From an uncultured Chitinophagaceae bacterium (GTDB taxonomy: Bacteria; Bacteroidota; Ignavibacteria; UBA10030; UBA8401): DNA of 64,000 bases. The notes beneath the pieces were generated by a model. The model ran no database searches and was not told the origin of the DNA. It was given only the letters and a program-made list of their open reading frames with translations. Location: positions 16,597-80,596 of the forward strand of contig CAZXQG010000005.1 in NCBI GenBank assembly GCA_964642725.1. The letters are read 5' to 3'. The first letter of the stretch is position 1; each line of letters begins with the position of its first letter. Shown here piece after piece: positions 38,732-48,051 of the stretch. The position numbers and the translations under genes were made by a program.

Positions 38732-39322
38732 CTATGCAGGGAGCTTCCTATATCGTCTCGCAAACTCATTGTAGATCGCTGCTGCTGCTGAAAGCTTCAA
38801 CAAATCCCACCATGAAAAAATCAAAAATCCGCTGACAAGCGACTCCTCAAAATTATGGAGGTAAAAAAGATTCAGAAATGTTGCCCCGCTCGCAAAAACT
38901 ACAACAAGTCCTAAGAACATTACTGCGAAAGTCCACAAATATCCGGAACGGATTTGAATAAGATGTCCCACCAAGAGCGCCGCGATCGGGAAACTGAGCA
39001 GGTATCCTCCCGACGGCCCAATCATTCGCGCGAAGCCAAAACTGCCGCCAAAAAAAACAGGCGCGCCGGCCATTCCAATGCCCAAGTACAACAGTTGGCT
39101 CAACGATCCGTTGCGGCCTCCCAGGAATGCAGCTCCCAGCAGAACAAAAAATGTTTGCAACGTATATGGAACAGGTTGATGGGGAATCTCAGCTTGCGCT
39201 CCAAGAGCAGTCAGCGCAGCAAATACTACAATCCACACAGCCTGAACGAGGATGGTTGATTTTTCTCCCGTCAACGGCAATACCGTCGCACGTTGGAAAA
39301 ATGGACCTGTTGTTTCCATCAT
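38732..39322 (-). CDS. bioY: BioY family biotin transporter (ECF S component)
   Basis: 'TLQTFFVLLGAAFLGGRNGSLSQLLYLGIGMAGAPVFFGGSFG...GPSGGYLLSFPIAA'. Start ambiguous (ATG 39322/39319, or GTG 39340 overlapping the upstream stop). Confidence 0.8.
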   Translation of the reverse strand: MMETTGPFFQRATVLPLTGEKSTILVQAVWIVVFAALTALGAQAEIPHQPVPYTLQTFFVLLGAAFLGGRNGSLSQLLYLGIGMAGAPVFFGGSFGFARMIGPSGGYLLSFPIAALLVGHLIQIRSGYLWTFAVMFLGLVVVFASGATFLNLFYLHNFEESLVSGFLIFSWWDLLKLSAAAAIYNEFARRYRKLPA

Positions 39323-39336
39323 GTCTCCTACTATTA

Positions 39337-40197
39337 TCACAAATGTTTATGAAACCAGGCGGAAGTTAATTCGAGAACTCGATTCATGGCCGGAGCCGGT
39401 TTTGTATACGGATGCCGCGCTCCATACATATGGCCAATTCCATCCAGAAGGATGAGATCAGTCAGCGTCTTATCTGAAACATCGTAGAGGCTTTTTACTT
39501 CTTCAATCGGAACCGGAATGTCGTTGGTTCCATGGATCAAAAGCAGCGGTTTCCTCAGATCGTGCACTGCCTGCTTTATATTTAGTCTCTCCCCATTTTT
39601 CTCAAGATCGTCGAGCAAGTCCGTCCGTAATCTGAACAAACTCTCTGGGTTAATGGACGGAAGTCCGACATACCCTTTTTCCCGCCACCGCTTTCGCTGT
39701 CCTTCTGTATACCGGTTAAAATACGAAACCGTCGACCATCCCGCAACGGCTTTGATTCTCTCATCTTCTTGAGCTTTGATGATCGCAATTCCGCCGCCCC
39801 GGGAATGGCCTGCAATTCCGATCTTCGATTTGTCGATAATTGGACAATCAATTCGCCCCGTCGAAATTCCGTCCAGAATTGCTGCAACATCATCCAGCTC
39901 AAGGCTGAATGTATTGATTGAAAACTTTTCCCGTTCCGAAAACTTCCTGAAATTTTTCCCGATGCCATTATGAGAGAAATTGAAAACGATGGAGACAAAA
40001 CCGGCTTCGGCAAAATACCGGCCTATCGCAGGAAACGGCCCCCAATCTTTGAACGCTTTGAAGCCGTGGCAAACGATGACAACGGCCAATTTTCCGCCTG
40101 CAGTTTCCGGCGCCTCTTTTCTCCACCTGATGTCCCCGTACAATTCAACTTCCGAGGACGTTGAAATTTGGAATACACGTTCAATGATTTCATCCAT
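39337..40197 (-). CDS. alpha/beta hydrolase (esterase/dienelactone-hydrolase-like)
   Basis: 286 aa; nucleophile elbow 'GIAGHSRGG', 'LLIHGTNDIPVP', and a late 'GIGHMY' His. Confidence 0.65.
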   Translation of the reverse strand: MDEIIERVFQISTSSEVELYGDIRWRKEAPETAGGKLAVVIVCHGFKAFKDWGPFPAIGRYFAEAGFVSIVFNFSHNGIGKNFRKFSEREKFSINTFSLELDDVAAILDGISTGRIDCPIIDKSKIGIAGHSRGGGIAIIKAQEDERIKAVAGWSTVSYFNRYTEGQRKRWREKGYVGLPSINPESLFRLRTDLLDDLEKNGERLNIKQAVHDLRKPLLLIHGTNDIPVPIEEVKSLYDVSDKTLTDLILLDGIGHMYGARHPYTKPAPAMNRVLELTSAWFHKHL

Positions 40198-40383
40198 AGA
40201 AAACCACTAAGAAAATAGCCAACAGTCGAGTGAATGTCAAGAAAGGGATCCTTGAGCGGCCCCTCTTGTGCAGGCTTCAGCGATGCATTAGTTTCATGAT
40301 CAAAGCTCAAACACTATCGCGATGTGTATTTACAATATGCCTAGGGTCATGGTACCGCTCAAAATCTCCCCTTCAAAAAATTA

Positions 40384-40412
40384 TTGACTCTTTTCGCGGT
40401 ATTGCTTATATT
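40384..40412 (+). promoter_or_regulatory. putative prs promoter
   Basis: TTGACT-17 nt-TATATT, about 105 nt upstream of the prs ATG. Confidence 0.45.
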
Positions 40413-40517
40413 TATAGGCTTAAAAGAAATGCTATTGAGAGTCTCCCGCCGTTGCGGGGCCAAGAAACCGGCCAGCTGAGCCGATACTCCAGTTCGTTCT
40501 TACGAAGTGAACCTCTC

Positions 40518-41471
40518 ATGTATCGATTAAGAGTTTTTTCCGGCAGGGCAAACCCCCAGTTGGCAGAACAGATTTCGAAAAATCTGGGCGAGGAATTGGG
40601 CAAACTGGATATTCGGAACTTTAGCGACGGCGAACTTTGGGTCAAGTTCATTGACAATGTCCGCGGTGCCGACGTCTACATCATACAGCCGACGAATCCG
40701 CCCGGGGACAATTTAATGGAGCTTTTGCTGACGATCGACGCTGCGAAACGCGCCTCCGCGCGAAAGGTGACGGCCGTTATCCCGTATTTTGGCTACGCAC
40801 GTCAGGATCGTAAGGATCAGCCGCGTGTGGCGATCACGGCAAAGCTCGTTGCTAATTTGTTGACGGAAGCAGGCGCCGACAGAATTATTACTATGGATTT
40901 GCATGCGCCGCAGATCCAGGGATTCTTTGATATACCCGTTGACCATTTATATTCCTCCGTGGTCTTTGTTGATTACTATCGGAAGAAAAAGATTCCCGAT
41001 TTGACCGTCGTGTCCCCCGATGTGGGCGGAATCAAAATGGCCCGGGCATATGCAAAAAGGCTGGAAGCCGACTTGGTGTTGATCGATAAGCGCCGGCCGG
41101 CCCCAAACGAAGTTGAAGTCATGAACATCGTAGGCGAGGTCAAAGGAAGAAACGTCCTTATCGTTGACGATTTGATTGATACCGCAGGAACATTTACCAG
41201 CGCAGTCAAGACCCTGAAGGATGCCGGTGCAAAGGATGTGTACGGAGCGTGTACACACCCGATCCTTTCAGGAAAGGCAATGGATCGCATTAACGGCTCC
41301 CAAATTTCCAAATTGCTCGTGACGGACACTATTCAGCTGAAGCAATCATCTTCGAGAATCGAAGTCATGTCCGTCGCAAAGATTTTTGCCGAAGCCATTC
41401 ATCGCTCCTTCGACAACAAATCCATCAGTTCGCTTTTTGACGTTGATAAAGATAAAACCCAGGACGATTAG
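40518..41471 (+). CDS. prs: ribose-phosphate pyrophosphokinase
   Basis: Family start 'MYRLRVFSGRANPQLAEQI'; 'VIPYFGYARQDRK', 'DLHAPQIQGFF', 'VLIVDDLIDTAGT'. The track ORF start at 40230 is an upstream extension. Confidence 0.95.
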   Translation: MYRLRVFSGRANPQLAEQISKNLGEELGKLDIRNFSDGELWVKFIDNVRGADVYIIQPTNPPGDNLMELLLTIDAAKRASARKVTAVIPYFGYARQDRKDQPRVAITAKLVANLLTEAGADRIITMDLHAPQIQGFFDIPVDHLYSSVVFVDYYRKKKIPDLTVVSPDVGGIKMARAYAKRLEADLVLIDKRRPAPNEVEVMNIVGEVKGRNVLIVDDLIDTAGTFTSAVKTLKDAGAKDVYGACTHPILSGKAMDRINGSQISKLLVTDTIQLKQSSSRIEVMSVAKIFAEAIHRSFDNKSISSLFDVDKDKTQDD

Positions 41472-41492
41472 TTTTTCTAAAAGGAGTAAGAT

Positions 41493-42266
41493 ATGTCAGA
41501 AGTAGTTCTTCAAGCAGAAGTTCGCTCGCACGTCGGGAAACATATAAAGGCACTGCGACGCTCCGGGAAAATTCCGGGTGAATACTATTCGCGCGGTGAA
41601 AAGAACATTCACCTTGCGGCGACTCCGCTTGGATTGAAGCCGCTCATCTACACTTCAGAAGCTCACATTGTAAGCCTGAAGCTTGACAACGGTGAATCAA
41701 AGACGTGCGTGCTTCGCAACGTTCAGTTCGACCCCGTATCAGAATTACCAATCCACTTCGACCTGCAGGGCGTTCGCGCAGACGAAGAATTAACCATCGA
41801 GGTGCCTGTGATGCTCAACGGCACGCCGAAAGGCGTCAAAGACGGCGGGACCGTTCAGCATGTGATGCACCGACTCAAAGTATCCTGCTTACCGAAATTC
41901 ATTCCCGATCATATTGAAGTAAATATTGCGGAACTTGGAATTAATCAGTCCATCCACATTCGCGATATTAAGGTCGACAATGTCAAGATTCTCGAAAGCG
42001 AATCCAGTACGATTGTCGCAGTTGTTCCTCCGACCATCTTGAAAGAGGAAACACCTGCCGACGCGGCTGCTGCAACTGCCATTGCCGAACCCGAAGTTAT
42101 TGCTAAGGGCAAGAAGCCAGAAGAGGGTGAAGAAGGCGCGGAAGGTGCACCTGCCGGAGCAAAAGCGGCGGCACCGGGTGCAAAGGCGGCTCCAGCGGGC
42201 AAAGCGGCAGCACCCGCAGCAAAAGCTGCCCCGGCAGCTCCCTCTAAGAAGGAAGAAAAGAAATAG
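41493..42266 (+). CDS. rplY: 50S ribosomal protein L25/general stress protein Ctc with Ala/Pro/Lys-rich C-terminal tail
   Basis: 'LQAEVRSHVGKHIKALRRSGKIPGEYY' L25 N-terminus; beta-barrel 2; last ~70 aa are low complexity (AAPGAKAAPAGKAAAPAAKAAPAAPSKKEEKK). Confidence 0.88.
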   Translation: MSEVVLQAEVRSHVGKHIKALRRSGKIPGEYYSRGEKNIHLAATPLGLKPLIYTSEAHIVSLKLDNGESKTCVLRNVQFDPVSELPIHFDLQGVRADEELTIEVPVMLNGTPKGVKDGGTVQHVMHRLKVSCLPKFIPDHIEVNIAELGINQSIHIRDIKVDNVKILESESSTIVAVVPPTILKEETPADAAAATAIAEPEVIAKGKKPEEGEEGAEGAPAGAKAAAPGAKAAPAGKAAAPAAKAAPAAPSKKEEKK

Positions 42267-42336
42267 TTTTGCGTTCGGTAGAAATATTTTTAATCTCTGT
42301 TCTTTGAAACGTTTTTCTTAATCAGCATCTCCCTCA

Positions 42337-42978
42337 TTGCAGAATTTCCTTGACGAAGAAGCAGATTCAGAGAAAATAGCATGCGTTGTCGGATTGGGAA
42401 ACCCCGGCAAGCGGTATGGTCTGACGAGACACAACGTCGGCTTCAATGTTGTGTCGTCGCTTTCGCGCTCGCTACGGTCGCCCATGATAGAAGGCAACGG
42501 GGAATTCTTTTTTTCTGAGTGTGCAATCGAAAGCCGGCGCTTTCTTCTGGCGACTCCGTCGACGTACATGAACGAAAGCGGAATGGCCGTCCTTCAACTG
42601 ATGGACCAATTCAATGTCGCGGCTTCGGACCTGCTGATCATCGTCGACGATTTTCAACTGCCGCTTGGGACTTTAAGAATTAGGGAAAACGGAAGCGACG
42701 GCGGACACAACGGACTCGGCTCTGTCATTTACCATCTGCAAACGGATAATATTCCGCGATTGCGTTTGGGCATCGAAGGTCCGACATGTCCAACGGAAGA
42801 TAGAAAGGAGTTAATGGCTGCCTACGTGCTTTCTCCATTTGATAAGGAAGAAATCCAGCGCTCTGAAATGATGATTACGCATGCATGCGACGCCGTGCTC
42901 GCTCTGGTTCTTCACGGAATTGAATTCGCTATGAACAATTTCAATAGATCGTTCTTAGACGATGACATGACAGTGTAA
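42337..42978 (+). CDS. pth: peptidyl-tRNA hydrolase
   Basis: 'VVGLGNPGKRYGLTRHNVGF', 'TYMNESG', 'DGGHNGL'. TTG start as given by the track. Confidence 0.9.
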   Translation: MQNFLDEEADSEKIACVVGLGNPGKRYGLTRHNVGFNVVSSLSRSLRSPMIEGNGEFFFSECAIESRRFLLATPSTYMNESGMAVLQLMDQFNVAASDLLIIVDDFQLPLGTLRIRENGSDGGHNGLGSVIYHLQTDNIPRLRLGIEGPTCPTEDRKELMAAYVLSPFDKEEIQRSEMMITHACDAVLALVLHGIEFAMNNFNRSFLDDDMTV

Positions 42979-42979
42979 A

Positions 42980-43021
42980 TAAGTTTTAAGTATTAAGTTC
43001 TAAGTTTTACGCTATAAGTTT
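42980..43021. repeat. heptanucleotide tandem repeat (TAAGTTN)x6
   Basis: taagttt taagtat taagttc taagttt tacgcta taagttt, immediately after the pth stop codon. Confidence 0.6.
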
Positions 43022-43136
43022 TGTTTATTTATCCATGTAATTGGTCGTAAATTTTTAACTTTTAATCTAAACTCAACACCCTGTTCCATCATAAAAGAGA
43101 TGGAGCCATCATTACACGTCCATAGGAGACATATCG

Positions 43137-43520
43137 TTGGAAAAAGAACACAAGATTTACGAGACGACATTTATCGTCAATGCGGCGCTTGATGACGCCC
43201 AGATTGACGCCGTCATCGAAAAAGTCAAAGAAGTCATCGTGAAAAACGGCGGCGAGGTCCGCTCGCTGGAAAAATGGGGCCGCAAACGCCTCGCCTATAC
43301 GGTCGACAAAAAAAACAACGGGTTCTACGCTTTCTTTGAATTCAAAGGTCCCGGCGACCTCATCGCCAAAATGGACCGGCATTATCAATTGGATGAGCAA
43401 ATTATCCGCTATTTGACGATCCAATTGGACAAGAAAGCGCTGAAAGCAAAAGAAATCGCCACTGCGCTCCTAAAAAGTCAAGCGGCGGCAGCACCCGGCG
43501 TCGGAGATGTAGTCGCTTAA
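43137..43520 (+). CDS. rpsF: 30S ribosomal protein S6
   Basis: 'YETTFIVNAALDD...LEKWGRKRLAY...GFYAFFEF'. TTG start preceded by AGGAGA. Confidence 0.92.
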   Translation: MEKEHKIYETTFIVNAALDDAQIDAVIEKVKEVIVKNGGEVRSLEKWGRKRLAYTVDKKNNGFYAFFEFKGPGDLIAKMDRHYQLDEQIIRYLTIQLDKKALKAKEIATALLKSQAAAAPGVGDVVA

Positions 43521-43591
43521 CTTATCATAAAGTGGACAATTTCACCAAACTTTTTCGAAACCAGCAATAGAATTTAAAAGGAGAATTCACC

Positions 43592-43876
43592 GTGTTCCAT
43601 CAAAGTCAAAATCGGCGAGGAGGCGACGACCGGCGGGAAAAGCGCGACTCGAATGCAATTCGAAAAAAACGCACATGCCGTTTCTGCGACTCGAAAGAAA
43701 TCTACATCGATTACAAGGACGAAAAAAAATTGTACCGTTTCGTCACCGAGCAAGGGAAAATAATTCCCAAGCGTATTACCGGTTCGTGCGCCAAACACCA
43801 GCGCCAATTGGTGAAGGCGATCAAGCGAGCACGGCATCTTGCGCTGCTCCCCTTTGTGTCCGACGCCATTAAATAA
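43592..43876 (+). CDS. rpsR: 30S ribosomal protein S18
   Basis: '[15 protein letters not shown]...[40 protein letters not shown]'. GTG start preceded by AAGGAGA. Confidence 0.93.
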   Translation: MFHQSQNRRGGDDRREKRDSNAIRKKRTCRFCDSKEIYIDYKDEKKLYRFVTEQGKIIPKRITGSCAKHQRQLVKAIKRARHLALLPFVSDAIK

Positions 43877-43906
43877 ATTGCACTCATTAAGAATGCTGGA
43901 GAAAGT

Positions 43907-44350
43907 ATGAAAGTCATTTTACGTCAGGATTATGAAAGCCTGGGAAAAATCGGCGAAGTCGTTGCAGTGAAGGACGGCTACGCGCGGAATTACCTTATTC
44001 CGAGGAGCATCGCGTACCGGGCAACGACAAGCAGCCTGCGCGCCCTGGAAGAAGAAAAGAAGCAACACGAACGGCAGGAACAAAAGCAGTTCAAGGAAGC
44101 GGAAAAACTCGGCGTTGAACTCGAAAAACTCTCCGTCACTATTCCGATGAAAGTCGGCGAGGATGACAAACTGTTCGGTTCCGTCACTTCCCAAATGATC
44201 GCCGATGCACTGAAGGAAAAGGGATTCACGGTAGACAAGCGGACGATCGAGCTTGAAGAGCCGATCAAAACCCTCGGCATATTCGAGGTCCCCGTGAAAC
44301 TTCATACTAAAGTCAGTGCAAAAGCAAAAGTGTGGGTTGTCCGGGAATGA
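43907..44350 (+). CDS. rplI: 50S ribosomal protein L9
   Basis: 'MKVILRQDYESLGKIGEVVAVKDGYARNYLIPR'. Confidence 0.92.
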   Translation: MKVILRQDYESLGKIGEVVAVKDGYARNYLIPRSIAYRATTSSLRALEEEKKQHERQEQKQFKEAEKLGVELEKLSVTIPMKVGEDDKLFGSVTSQMIADALKEKGFTVDKRTIELEEPIKTLGIFEVPVKLHTKVSAKAKVWVVRE

Positions 44351-44370
44351 CCTGACAGTATCCCTTTTTT

Positions 44371-44410
44371 ATACCTGACGTCACGAAAGAGACGGTCAGG
44401 TATTTTTTTT
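44371..44410 (+). terminator. rho-independent terminator of rpsF-rpsR-rplI
   Basis: ATACCTGAC-loop-GTCAGGTAT followed by T8. Confidence 0.8.
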
Positions 44411-44433
44411 ATCACAAACACTAGAGTGAGGAC

Positions 44434-45834
44434 TTGTTCATGGCACATCAACAGCCGTTGTGGAGCGGAAGGTTTAAAGAGCCGCTGTCGGAAATAGCTC
44501 TCAAATTCTCTTCCTCTGTCGACCTCGATAAGCAGTTGTACCAGGAAGATATTGCCGGAAGTATCGCTCACGTCGAAATGCTTGCCGCGGTAAAAATTAT
44601 TTCACTGGAAGAATCGCGCCGCATTCGAACCGCATTGAGGGCGATTGCGAAAGAAATCGACTCAGGAAAACTCGAGCTTTCGTGGGAGAAAGAAGATGTT
44701 CATATGGCGATTGAACAGCGGCTCATTCAAAAAATCGGACCTATGGGAGGGAAACTTCATACTGGGCGCAGCAGGAACGATCAGGTTGCGTTGGACGAAC
44801 GGCTGCATCTCCGGGGCGCGATTCGCGAGATGCAGAAGCTCACTCTCCAGCTTCAACGAGTGCTGCTATTTAAAGCGGAGAAATATTTCGACACAATCAT
44901 GCCCGGGTATACGCATCTCCAACGGGCACAGCCGGTCTACCTCTCACATCACCTTCTCGCTTACACTTCAATGTTCGAACGGGACTTTGAGCGGTTGACG
45001 GACTGCTACAAACGACTGAACAAACTTCCTCTCGGCGCAGCGGCGTTGGCCGGCACATCCTTTCCAATAGACCGGGCCCTTGTGGCGCGGAAGCTCGGAT
45101 TCGACGGAGTGATTGAAAACAGCATGGATGCGGTCAGCGACCGCGATTATCTGATTGAGTTCATTTCCGTATGCAGCATCGTCATGACTCACCTTAGCAG
45201 GCTCGCGGAGGAGATCGTCCTTTGGAGCTCGCAGGAATTCAATTTTGCAAGAACTGACGACGCGTATACTACGGGGAGCAGTATTATGCCGCAGAAAAAA
45301 AATCCCGACATGGCGGAGCTTGTGCGCGGAAAAGCCGGCAGAGTGTACGGCGACTTAATGAATATTCTGACAATCATGAAAGGGCTTCCGCTCGCCTATA
45401 ACCGCGACATGCAGGAGGACAAGTTCCCGCTCTTCGATGCGGTCGCCACCACGCGTCAGTGTTTGTTCATTTTCTCGCACATTCTTATCCATACGAAGTT
45501 TGACAAGAACAGATTTGAAGAAGAATTAAAGAACGATTTTCTGACTGCGACCGAGATCGCCGATTATCTGGTAAAAAAGGGAACGACCTTCCGCGATGCT
45601 CATGCGATTACGGGAAACATTGTTGCTCATGCTATCGAACACAAAAAAAGCCTTGCACATCTAACGTTGTCCGAGTTGAAACGCTTCTCTCCCCTGCTTG
45701 AAGAGGACATGTTCGATCTGCTTGACCCGCATAAGAGTATCGAGCACAAAAAGTCGGCAGGAAGCACGTCTTCCCAGGAAGTAAAGAAGCAAATCATACA
45801 TTGGTCGCGTGTGCTGAGGGGGAGAAAATTGTAG
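44434..45834 (+). CDS. argH: argininosuccinate lyase
   Basis: 466 aa; 'LWSGRF', 'HTGRSRNDQV', 'GYTHLQRAQP', 'GSSIMPQKKNPD' (fumarate-lyase signature). Confidence 0.95.
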   Translation: MFMAHQQPLWSGRFKEPLSEIALKFSSSVDLDKQLYQEDIAGSIAHVEMLAAVKIISLEESRRIRTALRAIAKEIDSGKLELSWEKEDVHMAIEQRLIQKIGPMGGKLHTGRSRNDQVALDERLHLRGAIREMQKLTLQLQRVLLFKAEKYFDTIMPGYTHLQRAQPVYLSHHLLAYTSMFERDFERLTDCYKRLNKLPLGAAALAGTSFPIDRALVARKLGFDGVIENSMDAVSDRDYLIEFISVCSIVMTHLSRLAEEIVLWSSQEFNFARTDDAYTTGSSIMPQKKNPDMAELVRGKAGRVYGDLMNILTIMKGLPLAYNRDMQEDKFPLFDAVATTRQCLFIFSHILIHTKFDKNRFEEELKNDFLTATEIADYLVKKGTTFRDAHAITGNIVAHAIEHKKSLAHLTLSELKRFSPLLEEDMFDLLDPHKSIEHKKSAGSTSSQEVKKQIIHWSRVLRGRKL

Positions 45835-45859
45835 GAGCTGTGAAGCGCTCGGATTTTAG

Positions 45860-47515
45860 CTATCGGGCTTCTTTCAACGATTTCAACCGCACAGCCTCAA
45901 ACTCATCCCCCTTGTTCCATTGAGGCATCGTTCCCCGGTTGGCAAGAAGATAGGCAAGGTGGAAATAAAATTTTGCCTGCTGAATCGTCCCTTCGTACGT
46001 CCAATCGCTTCGAATCTCGTCGCTCGGCTGGTGATAATTATAGGCGTTGTATTCTTCAGCCATTTTCATTCCCCAACCTGCGGGTTTTCCTACATAATCA
46101 ATTCCGGGGTCAAAGTAGGCCGTAGGAACGCCGACTGCGGCAAAGCTGAACTGGTCTGACCTGTAGAACATCCCCTGTTCCGGAAATTGATCGGGTTTGA
46201 CAATAAAATTCGCCACCGCTGCTGCCATATTCACTGCTTCATCGATTGTCGTCCGTCCCCTCCCTATCATCGAAATATCCCGCGTCTCGCCAAACATGTT
46301 CACACCATCCATGTTGATATCGGCGGCGATCTTTCCGAGAGGAAATGTTGGATGAGCAGCATAGTATTCCGATCCAAGCGTGCCGGCTTCTTCTCCTCCC
46401 ACCAGCAAAAACAACACTGATCTTTTCGGCCGTTGTGCGAGATGTGTGAAACCCTGTGCGAGGGTCAACACCATGCTTACGCCGGATGCGTTATCGACAG
46501 CGCCGTTGTCAATAGAATCTCCGTTCACCGGTTGAACAATCCCTAGATGGTCGAAATGAGCCGTGAAAATTACCACTTCATGCGATAGAGCCGAGTCGCT
46601 TCCGCGCAACAAACCGGCAACGTTGGCAGTCATCATTTTCCTGATCGTGTTATGAATATGCACCGAAACATTTGTGCAAAGCGAAATCGGTTTAAATTTT
46701 CTTGACCTCGCCGCTTTCATCAATGCTTCGAGATCTTTTCCTGACATTGCTGTTAAGCGTTTGCTGGCGCTTGCAGATAGCCACGATTCCAACTTTATCG
46801 GTTCCTCTTTGGAGCCGGCGAGCGAAAAGTTTTCTCCGGTCCATGACGTTTGGACCACTTGGAAAGGATAACCGGCAGATTCAGTGGTATGAATGATGAT
46901 AGCACCTGCCGCCCTTTTCCGGGCTGCGATTTCATACTTGTATGTCCATCTGCCGTAATACGTCCTCGCCTTGCCGCCAAAAAATTTTGGGTCGCTCCCG
47001 GGAGGATCGTCGTTCATCATCAACAAAACTTTTCCTGCCACGTCAACACCTTTATAGTCGTCCCAATTTTGTTCCGGCGCGACAATGCCGTATCCGACGA
47101 AAACAACTTCTGCATTGTTGATGTCAACATTTTCATCAGGCGTGCCTGAAAAACCGACGAATTCCTCCCGAAACTTAAAGTGCTCTTCTTTTACGCCGCA
47201 TCGGGCGACAAAATCCATCGTCGGATCGGCCGTCGTTCCGATAATAGGGAATCGCTGAAGGTAAGTTCCATTCTCGCCCCCCGGTTCGAGGCCGAGAAGC
47301 TGAAGCTGGGAGAGAAGATATTTTTGCGTTACCGCGTCGCCGCGAGTCGCGGGCGCACGTCCTTCCAACAAATCGCTGGCTAAGAATTTTAGGTGACTCT
47401 GAAAAACGTGCGCATTGATCGCGGTGAAGGCCTGTCTCTCATCATCCGTCATTTGAGCATGGAGAAAAGCGATAAAGATCATCGAACAGGAGACGACAAA
47501 AACGGTTTTTTTCAT
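45860..47515 (-). CDS. M28 family Zn aminopeptidase with PA domain, secreted
   Basis: Start at ATG 47515 (AGGAAG box upstream) gives a signal peptide 'MKKTVFVVSCSMIFIAFLHA'. 'FTAHFDHLG', 'DNASGVSMVL', 'GGEEAGTLGS' metal ligands. Confidence 0.75.
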   Translation of the reverse strand: MKKTVFVVSCSMIFIAFLHAQMTDDERQAFTAINAHVFQSHLKFLASDLLEGRAPATRGDAVTQKYLLSQLQLLGLEPGGENGTYLQRFPIIGTTADPTMDFVARCGVKEEHFKFREEFVGFSGTPDENVDINNAEVVFVGYGIVAPEQNWDDYKGVDVAGKVLLMMNDDPPGSDPKFFGGKARTYYGRWTYKYEIAARKRAAGAIIIHTTESAGYPFQVVQTSWTGENFSLAGSKEEPIKLESWLSASASKRLTAMSGKDLEALMKAARSRKFKPISLCTNVSVHIHNTIRKMMTANVAGLLRGSDSALSHEVVIFTAHFDHLGIVQPVNGDSIDNGAVDNASGVSMVLTLAQGFTHLAQRPKRSVLFLLVGGEEAGTLGSEYYAAHPTFPLGKIAADINMDGVNMFGETRDISMIGRGRTTIDEAVNMAAAVANFIVKPDQFPEQGMFYRSDQFSFAAVGVPTAYFDPGIDYVGKPAGWGMKMAEEYNAYNYHQPSDEIRSDWTYEGTIQQAKFYFHLAYLLANRGTMPQWNKGDEFEAVRLKSLKEAR

Positions 47516-47552
47516 AATCTCTTCCTTCAGATGGAGCTTCTGGGCATCAGCA

Positions 47553-47981
47553 CTACTTTGCGCCTGCATTCAATTGCAATAAGGCAATGAATGTCAGCGC
47601 CATTGCGAATAAACTAAATGCCGCAGCAAAAGGAAAAAAGAAAACCAACTCATTGATGCCCCACAGTAAAAGGGTCGCCGAAATTGTGATAAGAATGTTC
47701 TTCGCGAGGCTCGGATTTTGGGCTGCAGAACCAGAAACGATCCATAGAATAACAGAGATCAATAATATTGCTAATGCTGACGCGTATCCATATCCATCGT
47801 AATAGTCGCCCATGCTTCTCATTGCACCCATAAACGGAAACCTGTGCTCGGTCATTTGTTCGATGACCTGCTGTTTTTCCAGCTCAGCTGTCTGTTTCCA
47901 CGTCAGGCTTCCGATCATGTGTCCGACATCATGGAGAATCATAACTATGGAAGCAACTCTCAGCAAAATTTTCGGCTTCAT
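47553..47981 (-). CDS. hypothetical 4-TM membrane protein
   Basis: Start at ATG 47981 (GAGGGA box upstream); four hydrophobic segments; no family recognised. Confidence 0.45.
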   Translation of the reverse strand: MKPKILLRVASIVMILHDVGHMIGSLTWKQTAELEKQQVIEQMTEHRFPFMGAMRSMGDYYDGYGYASALAILLISVILWIVSGSAAQNPSLAKNILITISATLLLWGINELVFFFPFAAAFSLFAMALTFIALLQLNAGAK

Positions 47982-48051
47982 AAATATTCCCTCTGTTCTT
48001 GATAGACACAACCGCCGACTCAAATGAATATGTCATAGCTATTTCAATTGC

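Noticed and set aside
40230-40517. 96-codon upstream extension of prs
   Set aside because: The Prs family starts at 'MYRLRVFSGRANP'. The extension contains a consensus promoter and hairpins, so it is better read as a 5' UTR.
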